From NCBI RefSeq assembly GCF_009914755.1, contig NC_060934.1: DNA of 64,000 nt; one strand, given 5' to 3'. Both the position numbers and the translations under genes were made by a program. Below the pieces are notes generated by a model. It saw only the letters and a list, made by a program, of their open reading frames with translations, had not been told where the DNA came from and ran no database searches. Numbering within the stretch: position 1 is the stretch's first letter; every line of letters starts with the position of its first letter. Positions 1 through 14,330 of this stretch are shown here, one piece after another. The DNA is from the human T2T-CHM13v2.0 reference genome, Homo sapiens.

Positions 1-3000
1 TTCCCATCTCAAGAAACTAGAAAAAAATGAGAGTAAATTAAACCCATAGTAAGTAAAAGAAAGGAAGTAATAAAGATCAGATTAGAAATTGATGTAATAG
101 AAAATAGTAAAAACAATATAAAAAATCAATGAATCTAAAAGTTAGTTCTTTGATAGGATCAATAAAACTGATGAACCTCATCTGGGCGCGTTCATGCCTA
201 TAATCCCAGCACTTTGGGAGGCCAAGGCAGGAGGGTCACCAGGAGTTTGAGAACAGCAACACAGTGAGACCCCATATCTACAAAAAACTGAAAATATAGC
301 TGGGCATGATGGCATGTTCCTGTAGTCCCAGCTACTTGGGAGGCTGAGCTGGGGGGGTATTTTGAGCCTGGGAAGTCGCAGTTTCAGTGAGCCATGACTC
401 CAGCCTGGGCAACAGAGCAAAACCCTGTCTCAAAAAAAAAAAAAAAAAAAAAAGATAAAACTTTATAACCAGACTTAATCAGCAAAGAGGGAGAAGACAC
501 ACAATATCAATGTCAGAAATGAGAGAGAGGCATTTTACAAATTTCACAGATATTATGAGGATAATAAGGAAATTTTTTGAACAACTTTATGCCAATACAT
601 TTTACATGAAATTTACTTACGTGAAATGGACAGATTATTTAAAAGGCACATACTACCAAAGCTCACTCAAGAAGAAACAGGTGACCTGAACAGCAGTGTA
701 TCTATCAAATAAATTAAGTTTATATTTAAAAACTTCCAACAAAGAAAACTATTGATCCAGAGGGCTTCACTGGTACATTCTACAAAACATTCAAAGAAGA
801 AACAATGCCAATTCTGTACACACTCTTACAGAAAATTGAAAAGGAGGGGATATTTTCGGCTCAATTTATGGGATCTGAATTACCTGATATGAGAAAGAGA
901 AGGGAATTAGAAGGGAAGAAAACTATAGACCAAGATGCTTCATGAACATAAAATGCAAAAACTCTAACAAATTTTAGCAAATAGAATCTAACAAAATTAA
1001 AAAAAAAAAGATAATTCTTCATTATCCCCACTGGTGTACATCCCATGAATGTGAGATTGGTTTACCATTTGAAAGTAAATCAATGTAATTTACCAAATTA
1101 ACCAGCAAAAACAAGCAAAACAAAAACAAAAACAAATCAAAAACACTATATGATCATCTCCATTGGCACAGAAAAGGCATTGGACTTAAGCCAGTACCCA
1201 TTCCTGCTGAAAGCTCTCCACAGGAATAGAAGGGAACACTCTTAACTTCATAAAGGGCAGTTACAAAACCCCCACAGCTAACATCATACTTAATGGTGGG
1301 CGATTGAATATTTTTCCCCTAAGATCAGGAGCAAATGAGGATGCCTCTCTTTCCACTTCAGTTCAACATTGTACTGGAGCTTCTAGCTAATGTGATAGGC
1401 AAGAATAAAAAGTATATTTATATTGGAAAGGATGGAGTATAAATAGCTTTTTTTCAGGCAATATTATCATCTAAGTAGAAATTCAGATTGATTATATAGA
1501 AAAGCCACTAGAACTGGGAAATGAGTTTAGTAAGATGCAGGATAATACATCAATATGCAAAATGTATTTCTCTATATACACTCAGAAATTGAAATATATC
1601 TCTTACAATATCATAAAAATATAAAACACTTAGTGATAAGTGTGACAAAAGTTGTAAAAAACCTGTAAACTGGAAACTACAGATCATTAATGAAATAAAT
1701 TAGAGAAAAATAAGTAAATGGAAATATAAAATACATTCATGTGCCATTCATAGTATTGTTGTCAATTCTTCAGAAAATTGATCTATAGTTTTAGGGCAAT
1801 CCCAATAAAAAACCAAGGAGGCATATTTGTAGAAATTGATAGACTAATTTTAAAATTCACATGGAAATGCAAAGGACTTCAAAATAACCAAAAAATGTTT
1901 AAAAAGAAGAAAAAAGGTGGAGGACTAACACCACTTAAGGTTTATTATAAACCTTCAAGAGCATAGCTGTGTGGTGTTGGCATAAATATAGGCAAATAGA
2001 ATAATGGAACAAAATAGAGAGTCCAGAAACCGACAACTGCCCCCCCAACACATATATAGATACATGATTTTTGACAAAAGCGCAAAGGCAATTAAGTGAA
2101 AAAGGGATATTCTTCAAGAAACAGTGAGTGCTGGAACAATTGGATATCCACCTGCAAAAATATAAACCTTACCTCACCTAATACAGAAAGATTCAAAATG
2201 GACCATAGACTTGAATGTAAAACCTAAAACTATTAATAAAGTAGTTTTATATGTAAACCTTCCATCTTTTAGAAGTACACATAAGATCAAAACTTAGCGC
2301 ACTTGGGTTTGAGCAGGCAAATATTTCTTATGACAACAAAAGCACAATCCATAAAAGAGCAAATTGCTAAATTGAACAGCATCAAATTAAAAACTTCTGT
2401 ATTTAAGAAAGAATAAAAAGGAATGTAACAGACTGGGATAATGTTTTGGAAATAAAGTATCTGATGAAGGATTTATATCCAAAATATGAAAAGAACCTCA
2501 AAATTCAAAAAGAACAACTAAAAAAATTGGCAAATGTTTAAACAGACATTTCACCAAAGAGGATATATGAAAAGCAAATAAGCATATGAACAAATGCTCA
2601 ACATCATTAGTCACTAGAAAAATGCAAACCATAATGTGAATCATTAGAATGATTAATATTAAAAGAATGATCATACTAAGTCAGAAGAAACGAACTTATA
2701 CACTGACGGTGGGAATGTAAGATAATAGAACCATTATGGAAAACATTTTGACAGTTTCTTTTTTTAAAAAAACTGTTAAACATACATCTACCATGAGATC
2801 CACCGATTCCACCCCTGTGTATTTACCCAAGAGAAAAACAAAAGATGTTCACATGAAGACTTGTGGGGTGTCCATAGCAGATTTATTTGTAATAGCTAGA
2901 AACTGGAAACAATGCAAATGTCTATCAACAGGTGAATGGATAAAGAAACTGTGATATATGCACACATGAAATACTACTCAATAATAAAAAGCAATAAGCT

Positions 3001-3369
3001 GCTGATGCACACTACAACCTGAATAAATTATGCTAGTGAAAGAATCCAGAAACAAAAGAATATATACTGTTTAATACCATTTATACAAAATTCTAGAAAA
3101 TGCAGACTAATCTATGGTGACAGAACAAACCGGTGGTTGCCTGGGATGGAGAGAGGAATGAGTGGAAGAGGCTACAAAGTGTCAGGAGGAAACCTTTGAG
3201 GGGAGTGAGATGTTTATTATCTTGACTGTGGTGATGTTTTCATTAGTATAAACATATGCCAAAACTTATCGATTTATATATTTTGTATATTATATATTTG
3301 TGTATATTTTATACAAAATTTTGTATATTTTATTGCACATCAGTTGTATCTAAAGAGAGCTGCTAAAAA
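1..3369 (+). mobile_element. Old L1 (L1MC/L1MD-like) decayed ORF2 and 3' UTR, interrupted by an Alu
   Basis: A-rich L1 ORF2 motifs; ORF fragments IYSFRAIPIK...LILKFTWK and LFVIARNWKQCKCLSTGEWIKKL; old-L1 3' UTR (gactaatctatggtgacagaa...cttgactgtggtgatg). Confidence 0.88.
181..452 (+). mobile_element. AluJ-like element with small internal deletions
   Basis: taatcccagcactttgggaggccaagg...agtgagacccc...cagcctgggcaacagagc + poly(A). Confidence 0.9.
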
Positions 3370-3862
3370 TTAGGACTAGCTCATTCTAGGGGTTAAATAG
3401 AGAATGAACTGTGAGGGAGAGGATGAAACTGAAAGCCCAACTGCGGAATCCACTTAAAAGATGAGAGTAGCAGCAACTTGGTGATAGCTGAGCAAATGGG
3501 AAGGAATGGACTGCCATAGTAACTGTATGTGAAATTAATTTATCTCCATAGTCAACCCTCTAACTGTATTTGAAAAAGCATAAAGAAAGGGGAGAGTTTT
3601 TTGTCATCCCTGTATTGGATTTACAAGTACACTTCAATGCCAAGGAAAGGTGCAGATAGATGAAGCTGTGTGGTTCTTTGGGGGAATCCTGAATATTTCA
3701 GTTCTGGTGAAGTACAGAGTTGATAGTGTAGGACTGGAGAGGTTTGGAAATGTAGAACTGAGCCCAGCTGTGGAGAGCCTTGCATTTTACTACTTTATGC
3801 AGTAGGTGGGCAGTAAAGAACCATTAAATCATTTAATTAGGAAAGTTACCTTGTTGATTTTT

Positions 3863-4040
3863 TAAATTAAATTAAATTATTGTTTATATTTTTAAATTTT
3901 TTGTGTGGGCACATAGTAGATTTATATATTTATGAGATACATGAGATGTTTTGATACAGGCATACAGGGTGAAATAAGCACATCATGAAGAATGGGGTAT
4001 CCATCCCCTCCAGCCTTTATCCTTTGTTACAAACAATCCA
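3863..4040 (-). mobile_element. 5'-truncated L1MA-type 3' end with target-site duplication
   Basis: Reverse L1MA 3' UTR (atgagatgttttgatacagg...ggggtatccatcccctc), flanked by agttaccttgttgattttt / agttaccctgttgattttt. Confidence 0.8.
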
Positions 4041-5599
4041 GTTACCCTGTTGATTTTTGGAGGAGATTACTTTGGAGCTATTTGTAGGATGCCCTAAACT
4101 TTGGAGGATGTTTTAGGCAGGGAGACAAGGTAGGGGAAGCTAATGAAGTAAGGATGGAAAGATGATTGATGCAAAGGGACTACCTATTGGACTTGTGAGT
4201 TGATACTGAATGGTGGGTGAGAAGAAGGGGAGCCTTCACAGTTGGGCAATAGCAGGATGCAGGATGCTTATAAGAGTTGCTGAAATCCAATAAGTTTGTG
4301 TGCATTTCTAAGGGACTTGACTTTCCACTAAATTCTTTGTTTGATTCATTCACATATTTTAAAAGAGATATTTACAAAGCTCTCTGATGAAGTTAGCACA
4401 TGAAGAAACTGAAGTTCAGAGAGGTGTTTTTACCCAAAGGTAGAAAACTGCAGAGCCAAGAACAGAGAATAGTTCTTTATTTTCTCCTGATCTAAAGATC
4501 TTTCTTATAAAGCCACAGTGTATGTCAAGAATGAGCAGTAGGGGTGCTACTTCTTGCCATGCTCTTGCCATGCTACTATGCACCACCTACGGAGCCTATC
4601 TGAATTGTTGTAGTTTTCTTTATTTTGTGCTGAAAGCATTGTTTTATGGATGGCGTGTAAGGTAGGAAATAGGTTAAGTACAGTAGTATGTGTGTTTTAT
4701 GTTAAAGACAGTAAAGAACTTTTCCTCCTAGTAACTGGTCTTGTCTTATTTACCTTTCCTGGGTGAAGGAGTTCTGGCAGTTGCGGTCTCAAATCATCAT
4801 TGAATTGCAGTGGTAAGCACTAGCTAGCTTACATTTAATACTTTTAAAACATGTACTGGTTTCCTAGGAAACAATGCCTTGACTACTGTAAACCAAACTT
4901 TACCATAGATACTAGTTATACAATTTCTCAGCAGAAAAAAAGCTTTCGGGTTTTAACACAGAAATAAAAATGTAGGTTGTTGGAATAGTATATGCCGCTT
5001 TTTCTAGTTCAACAAAGGAGACCAAAAAAACCCCACAACCTCAAAATAGATCCTTCCACTAAAAATAAATATTATATATAATACAGATCTTGCCAGATTT
5101 TATCATCCTCATGAATTTCTGAATCTGGAGTCTCTTTTTTGCCTTTCATTAGATTCATAATAACATTTGCCAGAAATGTTGCTAGTTAAAATTTACAAAA
5201 CTATTGTGACATATGAGGTTTGAACTAGATCTGGATGTATTATGGAAATAGATGTGATGATTAAAGTACCAGACTAGTTTCTTTTGTTCGGATATTTAAT
5301 TTTTATTGTATATTTGGAAAATTAGGATAGGGTGAAATTAGGAACTATATGCAGCATTTTAAATTTTCAGTCTTCTTTAGTTCACTCTTAAACACATGTA
5401 TGTCCATAATGTTATGAGTTTAGTGTCGACCATGTTAACTAATTTCCATTTTTCCAAATTCATATGAATGCTAGACTAGTTTGACATAGTATATAGAAAG
5501 ATGTTTGAAAACACTGTTAGCATATTATGGTGCTATTCAATATACCAGGTTGTATTCAGCAGAAATTGGAATAAAAGATTGCAAAAGCTCTGTGGGCTT

Positions 5600-5935
5600 C
5601 AACTAGGCAGAAGGAGACTTTAATTTTGATTCAACAGCTACCAAAATCCCTCATTAGCTGATGACATGGAACAATGATTTTACACCTCTGTGCCAACTCC
5701 CATTTTCTCATAAACTACCAGACACCCATAGGCTTTGCTTTTCTGATATGCATCGCAATGTGCTGGAAAAAGCATTTAGCTTTGTAGTAAAATAGACATG
5801 GATACTGATTCAGTCACTAGTGAGTGAGGTTCAGAGAAGTTAAGTGACTAACTGAAAGATGCACAGCTAGTCAGTAGCACAGGTAGAAACAGGAGCTAGT
5901 TTTCATGAATCTTCAATCATGCCAATGCAGTTGCC
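5600..5935. mobile_element. MIR fragments
   Basis: MIR core motif gaggttcagagaagttaagtgact...cacagctagtcagt. Confidence 0.6.
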
Positions 5936-6346
5936 ACTATATTTTTATGCCTTTCTGTTCCTTCAGAGTTTTTCAATTGAGCATAAGGGTGGCAGTGTGT
6001 TATTCAGGGTGTTATCTGTGAATAGTTATTATCCCACCAATGAAACCAACCAGAGCCATCTTCTCCCTAGCTGCCCTTCCCACTTCTTTGTTACTCCTTT
6101 ATCTTATGTTGTTCCTCACAGGAAAGAAAAGTTATCAAGTAAAAACTGTTCAGTGTTTTTAAATTGACATCTATACATGTGTAGAGAGCAACTAATCTTT
6201 ATGAGGGAGATCCTGTTTAAAATACAAACAATGAAATTTTGCAGTTTGCATAGTCAAATTACATTAGCATGTTGTATATAAGTAGAAAGGAACTGTCTTA
6301 AGCATAAACCAGCCAAAGCAGTAGGAATATTTTGAGCATTCTATTT

Positions 6347-6370
6347 AAAAAAAAAAAAAAAAAAAAAAAA
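6347..6370 (+). repeat. poly(A) run
   Basis: About 24 consecutive A. Confidence 0.9.
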
Positions 6371-6561
6371 CTAAAAGAAGAGGAAAAGTGAAAGCCTCAA
6401 TAAAAAAATGTCATTTTTGCCAAACATAACTCAATTCCATTGAAAGTAGCTATTTCTGTAGTAGCAGTTGGCGTTGCACCTATGAGCTTCACACTCAGAA
6501 CATGAGATGCATTTAGGGAAGGGGGATTTCCAGGGGAGCACTTCAGAAAAAGTCAGCCTGT

Positions 6562-6565
<4 letters not shown>

Positions 6566-6603
<38 letters not shown>
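6566..6603. repeat. (GT)n microsatellite
   Basis: About 19 perfect GT units. Confidence 0.95.
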
Positions 6604-6604
<1 letters not shown>

Positions 6605-7050
6605 GCTTTGATCATTTTAACTAAAACTGTGTTTCTTTCCTGCCTCATAGTTTAATTAATTGATTTCCTTAGCTCAGAAACAAACTAGCATTTAACATCT
6701 TCCAGTATATAGCTTCACTTTGCTTATTCACTTCTGTTCCTTGTTGTCTTTCAACGTGAAGATTATACTCTAGTCAAACTTCCTTTAATACTACATTGCT
6801 CCTATACAACATGATTTAGGTTAAATATGCAAAAGAACATACTGATATGAAAGCTAGGGAGGTTGTGGAAACTCTTTCAGGAGAGTTTTTAGATAGATTA
6901 TTTTCTGTGCAATAAAGAGTAGAAATAGCTTCATTGATATATTTTGTTTTGTTTTGTTTTGTTTTGGTGATACTTTCCAACTCTGTGATTTCCTAAAGAA
7001 AGTCAGTCAGCAATTTGTCAGTTGTATTGATTGTCTGCTACCCATGAGTG

Positions 7051-7054
<4 letters not shown>

Positions 7055-7082
<28 letters not shown>
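7055..7082. repeat. (TG)n microsatellite
   Basis: About 14 TG units. Confidence 0.95.
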
Positions 7083-7663
7083 GATGTGCACATGCCTATG
7101 TTTAGAGGACAAAGTGTGAAGGGGAGGGGGACAAGGTGGGAAGGGGAACAAGAGAAATATAAAGGTAAATAACACTTTTCCTTTTTTCAATTATTCCTTT
7201 TTTCAAACTTTTAAAAAAGAACCTGGAAGCAATCAAGTAGATAACATCAACTAAAATGTGTGGAACTGGTATTCTAATAGGTCATTTACATAGAAAATGT
7301 TTTGATTTTCCTGAGGATAGAGGAGGAGGCAGCTTTATTATTTTTTTCTGACTGGTGTACTCTTTTCATCTGGACAGTTACTGAAGTGTATTGAGGGGTT
7401 AGATAAGGTGCATGCTAAAACATTGTATAGGTTTCTACAAATGACTTGGAGCCCAAGTAAATGGGCAATTAATTTCTGCATTTTAAGTATTTATCAATAT
7501 AATGGTATTTTATCCTGGAAATTTGGTTATTACTGCTGGATTAATGGAAACTAAAACTTATTTGAATATTTGTTTTGGCTTATCCAATGAGTATTTATGT
7601 GCAATATCTGATATATTATGTGCAAAGTACAGAGAAGCATACATCTAAAGATTTAAAGAAAGA

Positions 7664-7962
<299 letters not shown>

Positions 7963-7998
7963 TTAAAGAAGGAGAGATGTTACAATAATGTTCCTTTA

Positions 7999-8001
<3 letters not shown>

Positions 8002-8031
<30 letters not shown>

Positions 8032-8076
8032 CAAATGTGAAAGGGGGAGAGACAGAGAGAGAGAGAGAGAGAGAGA
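8002..8076. repeat. (TA)n and (GA)n microsatellites
   Basis: TA run ~8002-8030, GA-rich run ~8047-8076. Confidence 0.9.
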
Positions 8077-8198
8077 TCTGTCGATAATTGATGAGATTGT
8101 TCTTTTCAGCCAAATTTGGGAGAGGTAGGATGGAGGTGCTAGACCCTAATAAATGAATGTGAGGGGGTAATTTGTAATGTAAGAATGATAAAGAAGAA

Positions 8199-8492
8199 GG
8201 CTGGGTGTGGTGGCTCATGCCTGTAATCCCAGAATTTTGGGAGGCCGAGGCGGGAGGATCACGAGGTCAAGAGATAGAGACCATCCTGGCCAACATGGTG
8301 AAACCCCGTCTCTATTAAAAATACAAAAATTAGCCAGCGTGGTGACGCGCACCTGTAGTCCCAGCTACTCGGGAGGCTGAGGGGGGAGAATTGCTTGAAC
8401 CTGGAGGTGGAGTCTGTGGTGAGCTGAGATTGTGCCAATGCACTCCAGCCTGGATGACAGAGTGAGACTCCATCTCGAAAAAAAAAAAAAAA
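8199..8492 (+). mobile_element. AluSc
   Basis: ggatcacgaggtcaagagatagagaccatcctggcc; poly(A); TSD gaatgataaagaag. Confidence 0.93.
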
Positions 8493-9149
8493 GGAATGAT
8501 AAAGAAGTAGTACCAAAATTCCTTTTTAAGAATTGTCATAGTGCAAACATAGAGAAGAAATCAGGGGCAAAGGGTAGCAATGGAAAGTCAAGACAATGTT
8601 GTTCTTGTAGAGGAGACCGAGTACATGTATAGGCTGGGCGAAGGAGAGAGCTTCACTGTAGGGAGGCAGTTCTGGTGTGGTGGTGGAAAAGTACTGGGCT
8701 TTCACTCAACAGATTTGGAGTTGTTTCTCATCTCTGCCAGTCGGTAACTAATTGAGAAAGGTGAGTAATTTGCTTAATTTACTTGAGGCTCAAATTAAAT
8801 AACAAATGTGAGGTCAGTTTGTGAATGGTAAAATGCTGCATCAATAATGTGGCATTATCCACGGTAGACTGGCGGAACATATAAGCACTCTGCCCCTCTG
8901 AATTATTTCAACCATGCATTTCCTGCCTCTTGCAGAAGAGAAACAAAACAGAGGGCACTGAAATGATTTGCACCTCACTCAAAATGAGTAGAATGTAATT
9001 ATAATCCCTTCGAAGAACTAGAACTCTTCAGTCCCTGAAGACACGGCTTATTGGGCTTCTGTATGAAATGAAGGACATGGACTAATCCTGGAAGGACATT
9101 CCAGTAAATTTGGGATGAACAGTATTCATGTATCATGGGGATTAAAGCC

Positions 9150-9700
9150 GTTTGAAATCAACATGCAAGGAGGTGAATGTTAATATGATGCAAACAGAAT
9201 ACAGAAAAGCTGAAGTTGAGGAAGTGAACAGTAAAAGGTGTCTGCAGGAATTCTTACAGGAATTGAATTCTGAGCTAGATTTGGAGGAGGAAAGGCAGGA
9301 ACTGGTGGGATGATGGTAGGAAGCATTTCCTCTGAAATCCCTGGAGGGGGCTGAGTTCAAGATGTAGTTAATAGACCAGTGGGAGATGATGGGAGAGAGG
9401 GTGGAAGGCTGGATCAAGATGGTAAGATCTGATACCATGAGCAATATTGAACAGCGGGGGAATTCCTGAGCAAGAAGATGGCATTGCTATCAGAGGAAGA
9501 TTGTTCCACCCTTTGGCATCTCTGTGCAGGATGAGTAGAGGTGGGAGCCTGGAGAATCAGATAGGTGGCTGTTGAAGGCATGGGGTAACAGGGTTGTTGG
9601 AGGCTGTGGAATCATAAGAGGGAATGGGTAGATCTGAGAGATAATGGAGAAACGTACTTGAAATGTGACATTTTTGGTTAACCTGTACATGACCATTTGT
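9150..9700 (-). mobile_element. L2 fragment
   Basis: Purine-rich decayed L2 antisense motifs. Confidence 0.55.
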
Positions 9701-10099
9701 TCTGCTCTCTCTTATTGTGGAGCCAATTTTGAGGAAGTAATATTTCTGTATTGTAATGAACATGGAAATGCTTCATGGGTATTCCCCAATTTCAGTTACC
9801 CTGTATCCTAATTATAGAGAACCTGGACTCTTAAACACAGCACAGCATGGTCTTTCACTCTGGTACAAAGCAATCATAGGTCTGCTTTTGCCATGGGTCC
9901 CATAATGCTTCCTTGTGCACAGTATGGTGAAATTCTCCTTATTGGGCAAGTCCATAATGGTGTTACATTCTTGTTATATTCTATCAACATTTTAACCAGT
10001 TATCTTGCTCCTCATGTGGTAGCACTTGTCAAGCTGTATTTTTTCACAGGCAATAATTGAGGTCTTGGCTGATGAAGCAAATGGCCTAATGAGTAATAA

Positions 10100-10320
10100 T
10101 CACATATTTGGAATGTACACGATGAGCCAAGCATGTTGCTACGCACTTCATGGGCATTATTTATGGTGCTTACCACGGTTTGTTGAATGCTTACTATGTC
10201 CCTAGTACTGTGTGGGTACTGTGTGTGTTTGATATGGGTAATCTTATGTAATTTCCACAACAATTAGGAAGTGGATAGCATTCTTTCTTCCATTTCATAG
10301 ATAAAGGAGACAAGACAGAG
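10100..10320 (-). mobile_element. MIR
   Basis: tgaatgcttactatgtccc...ccatttcatagataaagga. Confidence 0.55.
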
Positions 10321-11129
10321 TTCTAATGGAGGCATTGCTTTACTACAGAAGAAACAATTTTTGATATCTTTGTAAGAAAGCTATGCTCATATAACATACC
10401 TTATTGATTCCTTAAATAAAATACATTATGTAACAGCTCTCAACGGAGTAAAGATGGGATGTGGCTGAGCTTTTAAGTTGTTTTCTTAAACATGATTGCA
10501 GTTCTATGTTTAAAAATGAGTCAAGAACATCTGCTTCTTTCTAGGGAGATATTCCATGGCTTCTTAACAACTGCTCTAACTTTTGTGGCAGCTGTCTGAA
10601 AGTTAGCTGTCTCTTGAGGCAGTGATGTCTTTATCACTAGGGGGTTTTCACTAAAATCTCAGTGATGACTTGCAGATGTCATAGATGTTGGATGAGGGGA
10701 AGGGAAGTTGAATTACATGGCATTGGAGATCCTTCCTAACCCTGAGAGTCTTTGAGGTTCTAAGTTCCATTAAAACTATTTCAGGACACAGTTAAGAGCG
10801 AGCAGCAATCTTTAGGTCAGTGTTTTATGGCGTTTGGCCAAAGGCCATTTAAAAGTTGATGGAGCAAAGAGAAGTGGATATAATGGGATTTTGAAAAAAA
10901 ATAAAAAATAAAACAAAAAGTAACTTCCTGTGCAAAAGCAGATTACTTTTAAGGGTAAATTTTAGAAAAGGAATCCTCAGATCAATATAGTGCCATGCCA
11001 TTTTAATTATAGAAAGTAAATTAATATCTGGTCTTTAAAAGAGACAGTTAAAATGGTTCTAAAAGTAATGTTTGAATTCAGTGAGTTTCTAAATTAGCTT
11101 AAATTCTTAAGAAAGCATTAAAAATGATA

Positions 11130-11360
11130 ATAACTCTGTTTATTATCATTACAGAAAGCTTTCGTATAGTACTTTTATCTGTGCCAAATACTGTACTAAA
11201 TGTTTTCCATGAATTTTCTCGATAATTTCTACACTAACACCATGAGATAGGTATTCTTATTAGCATCAGTTTTTCGAATGAGTACTTCAAGTTTCAGGAA
11301 AGTAAAGAAACTTCCCTGAAGACAGTATCTCAATTAGAACACAGTTCTGATTCCTACGTC
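11130..11360 (-). mobile_element. MIR
   Basis: ctgtgccaaatactgtactaaatg...ccatgagataggtattcttatt. Confidence 0.6.
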
Positions 11361-13426
11361 TTCCCTCTGCAACCTACTGTTGTTCTATTCGTCTCTGCAG
11401 AATATTCTATTTAATTTACAGTAAATGACTATAGCTGTTGTGCCTATTTATGGTTTAGCTTGCTAAGGAGTTAAAGAATTCTTGCTGGAACAAGCTAGGT
11501 TAATTGAAGGGAAAAGCAACAGCATATTGGTTCTGAATGTTAAGCTTCAAATTATTTTGGAACCTGGTCTCTTAGTAACTGATATGTTACTGTTACATTT
11601 TAGATAAAATAAAAAGGAAATCATGAAATCCTAAGCCATATCTTGGACCTGAATATAGGTTGCTTTAGGCAATGAATAGTTGTCCTTAGAATAATTCTTC
11701 ATTTCTTGCACTACCTCCAAAACGCAATAAATTTACTGTCTTAGTAGTCTGAAAATGTAGGCTTCCGAATGTTCACTTGCTAAATTCATATTATTTGTAA
11801 CATATAGGCTATGGTGTCCCTATTCAGTTAGTATGGTTCAGTTGCACCACATTATGTCTTAGGTAAAGTAAACTAAATTAAATTTTCAGGGAGCAATGGA
11901 AAATAAAAGGAAATGTTCACAGTCTTTGAGTTATTGATCTTTGTGATTTTCACTGCCTTATACTTTTTCCTGAAAATATTAACACATTTTTATAAATCTT
12001 AATTATTTGCATAATTAGAGAAATTTTCCTGATTATCTAGAATACATTAAATTTTGAAGAGAAATCTGGAATATCAAAAATACACATTTTAGACTCATGG
12101 TACAGATGTGTACAGTTAAATATGCTTCTCAAGAAAAAAGAATCATGCCTTAATCTAGGAAAGATCATATTTTGATAGAGAAATTTTTGGCAAAACAAAA
12201 ATATATAAAACCACTTTCTACTCTAGTTTAATGACCCTGTTCATTTCCTGTTTTGATTTTGGACATAATTCCAACACTAACTCTCTAGAGACTGTTAAAA
12301 TTCATGGTCTAAAAATATAATGACAATTTTAACTTTACCACAAGACAAATCTTTCCATTTTACAGTATGATCATGTTGATATACTTTAAAATAAAATGAC
12401 ACTTAGAATTAAGTTCAGAGGTTTTGGAATTTTAAAATAAGACTTTGGATTCGTATAAAAAATAATTAATTTTTTAGTCAATGTTCTAGAAAAATTATTA
12501 TTTATGCTTATCAATGGAGAAGTAAGTCTACTTGAAAACAGAAAACTAATCTCTCCTTAAGTGAGAAGAGACAGTGATCATGAGCTTGGACATGAAAGTT
12601 TACAAATGATCACAGGTCCTAAGCTTCAGTGGGTTCTCCATATATCAATGCCAACAAGGCCTTACTTTCAAATTTCCCTTTTGCATTTATAATGTTTGTA
12701 AGGCTTATTGAGAATTTTCTTTTAACTTTTAAGAAAAAGTTTGGAGCATTTTATTATTTTTTGAAAGATAGTTGTGGAACAGGGTGGAGAAACTTGCTGT
12801 CTAGAATTTAGAAGCTTAGTAAAATCCCATTATAAATAACAAAGTGTGCTCACTGCTTCTAAGATTACAATTTTAATGGAGAAAATTACCTTAAGCTAAA
12901 TAATGGTTAACTATATGAATATTAGGGAGGGCAAAGTTGTTGAGGTTGTTGATTCCGATTTTTCTGGTATTGCCCAAATCACAACAAACTACAAGGCCCC
13001 CTGTGAAGAGGAAAAAGGTGTACAAAGGGATATTTAAGGTCTTGAAGTCAATCTTCACATATATCACTATTTTTTTAGGCCTAGTATACAATTTTCTCTC
13101 TCTGTCTTTCCTTCACAACGTTTTCAAATTTCTTTCCTTCTACATTTTCTGGCCCCTGTTTTTGAACAAAGCTGAAAAGTTCAGCTCTGTCAAATTCAAG
13201 GAATTTCTCAAGCGCATGTAGAGGAGTTTGCAATGACCATCCAGAAATGACATCCTAGGTTTTAAGTTTCTATAATGGACTTGGTATACTTGACTTAGTT
13301 AAGTAATAGACCAAGTGGAATCTTCATTAAACAGCTATCGTTCTTTTCTGTTAGCATATACACTACACATGTATTAAGTGTCTCTTAGTCATTTTGCCAA
13401 TTTAATTTAATAAAGCAAAGAGACAT

Positions 13427-13950
13427 TGTATTAATTTCCTATTGTTGCTGTAACAATACCACTAACTTAGTGACTTAAGTGATATTGTTACAGCAACGGT
13501 AGGAATAAAAATTCACACATTTTTATTGTATAGTCTTGTAGGTTAGAAGTCTAATGAGGGTCTCACTAGGCTACAATTAAGATGTCAGTGGGGCTGTTGT
13601 TCCTTTTTGGAAGCTCTAGGAAAGAATCTGTTCCTTGTCTTTTGCATCTTTTAGAAACTTCCCACATTCTCAGCTCTTGGCCCCATCCCATCTTCAAAGC
13701 CAGCAATGCAAGTCTAGGTCCAGTCTTTCTCATATTGCATTACTGAGATCATCTCTCCTGTCTCCCTCACTTACAAGCATCGTGGTGATTAATTGAACCC
13801 ACTTGGATAACCCAGAGCAATCTTCCGAGCTCAATGTTCATACTCTTCATTACATCTGTAGGCCCCTTTTTCCATATAAGGTAATATATATCCAAATTCT
13901 GAGGATCCGAAAGTGGACATCTTTGAGGAGCCACTATTTGCTTTCTGCAG
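13427..13950 (-). mobile_element. MaLR solo LTR (MLT1D-like)
   Basis: tgtattaatttcctattgttgctgtaaca...cttcaaagccagcaatg...gtggacatctttgaggagccactatt resembles the reverse complement of MLT1D. Confidence 0.8.
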
Positions 13951-14139
13951 GCATGCAGAGTTTTTGTTTAATAGTAGAAACATGTCTTTGATGGAGGAAA
14001 TTATTATATTATTTTTTGATACATTTAAGCATAATTTTTGGCTCATGAGTTTTTCTCTCTCTGCATTCTACATTGTTTGGGACACATTCAAACTATCACT
14101 AATTAAATAAATACAGGAGGGAAGAACTTCATTACAAAT

Positions 14140-14330
14140 AATAATAGATAACATTCATGAAGTACTGCACTCAGAGATGAGAACTTTTTGTGTCATATCT
14201 CACTGAATCCTCATAACAACTCTCTGCAGAAGGTACTTTTCCCTAATTTTTATAAATAATTGAAGATTTAAAATTTTAAAGATTTTTTCCAAGGCCACCC
14301 AGCTAGTAAGTGACAACCGTAAGAACACAG
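14140..14330 (-). mobile_element. MIR
   Basis: atctcactgaatcctcataacaac...ccaaggccacccagctagtaagtgac. Confidence 0.65.

Noticed and set aside
13872-13881. CArG boxes (CCATATAAGG here; also 8110-8119 and 59225-59234) in a smooth-muscle gene
   Set aside because: A few CC(A/T)6GG matches are expected by chance in 64 kb of AT-rich DNA; they are isolated, not clustered.
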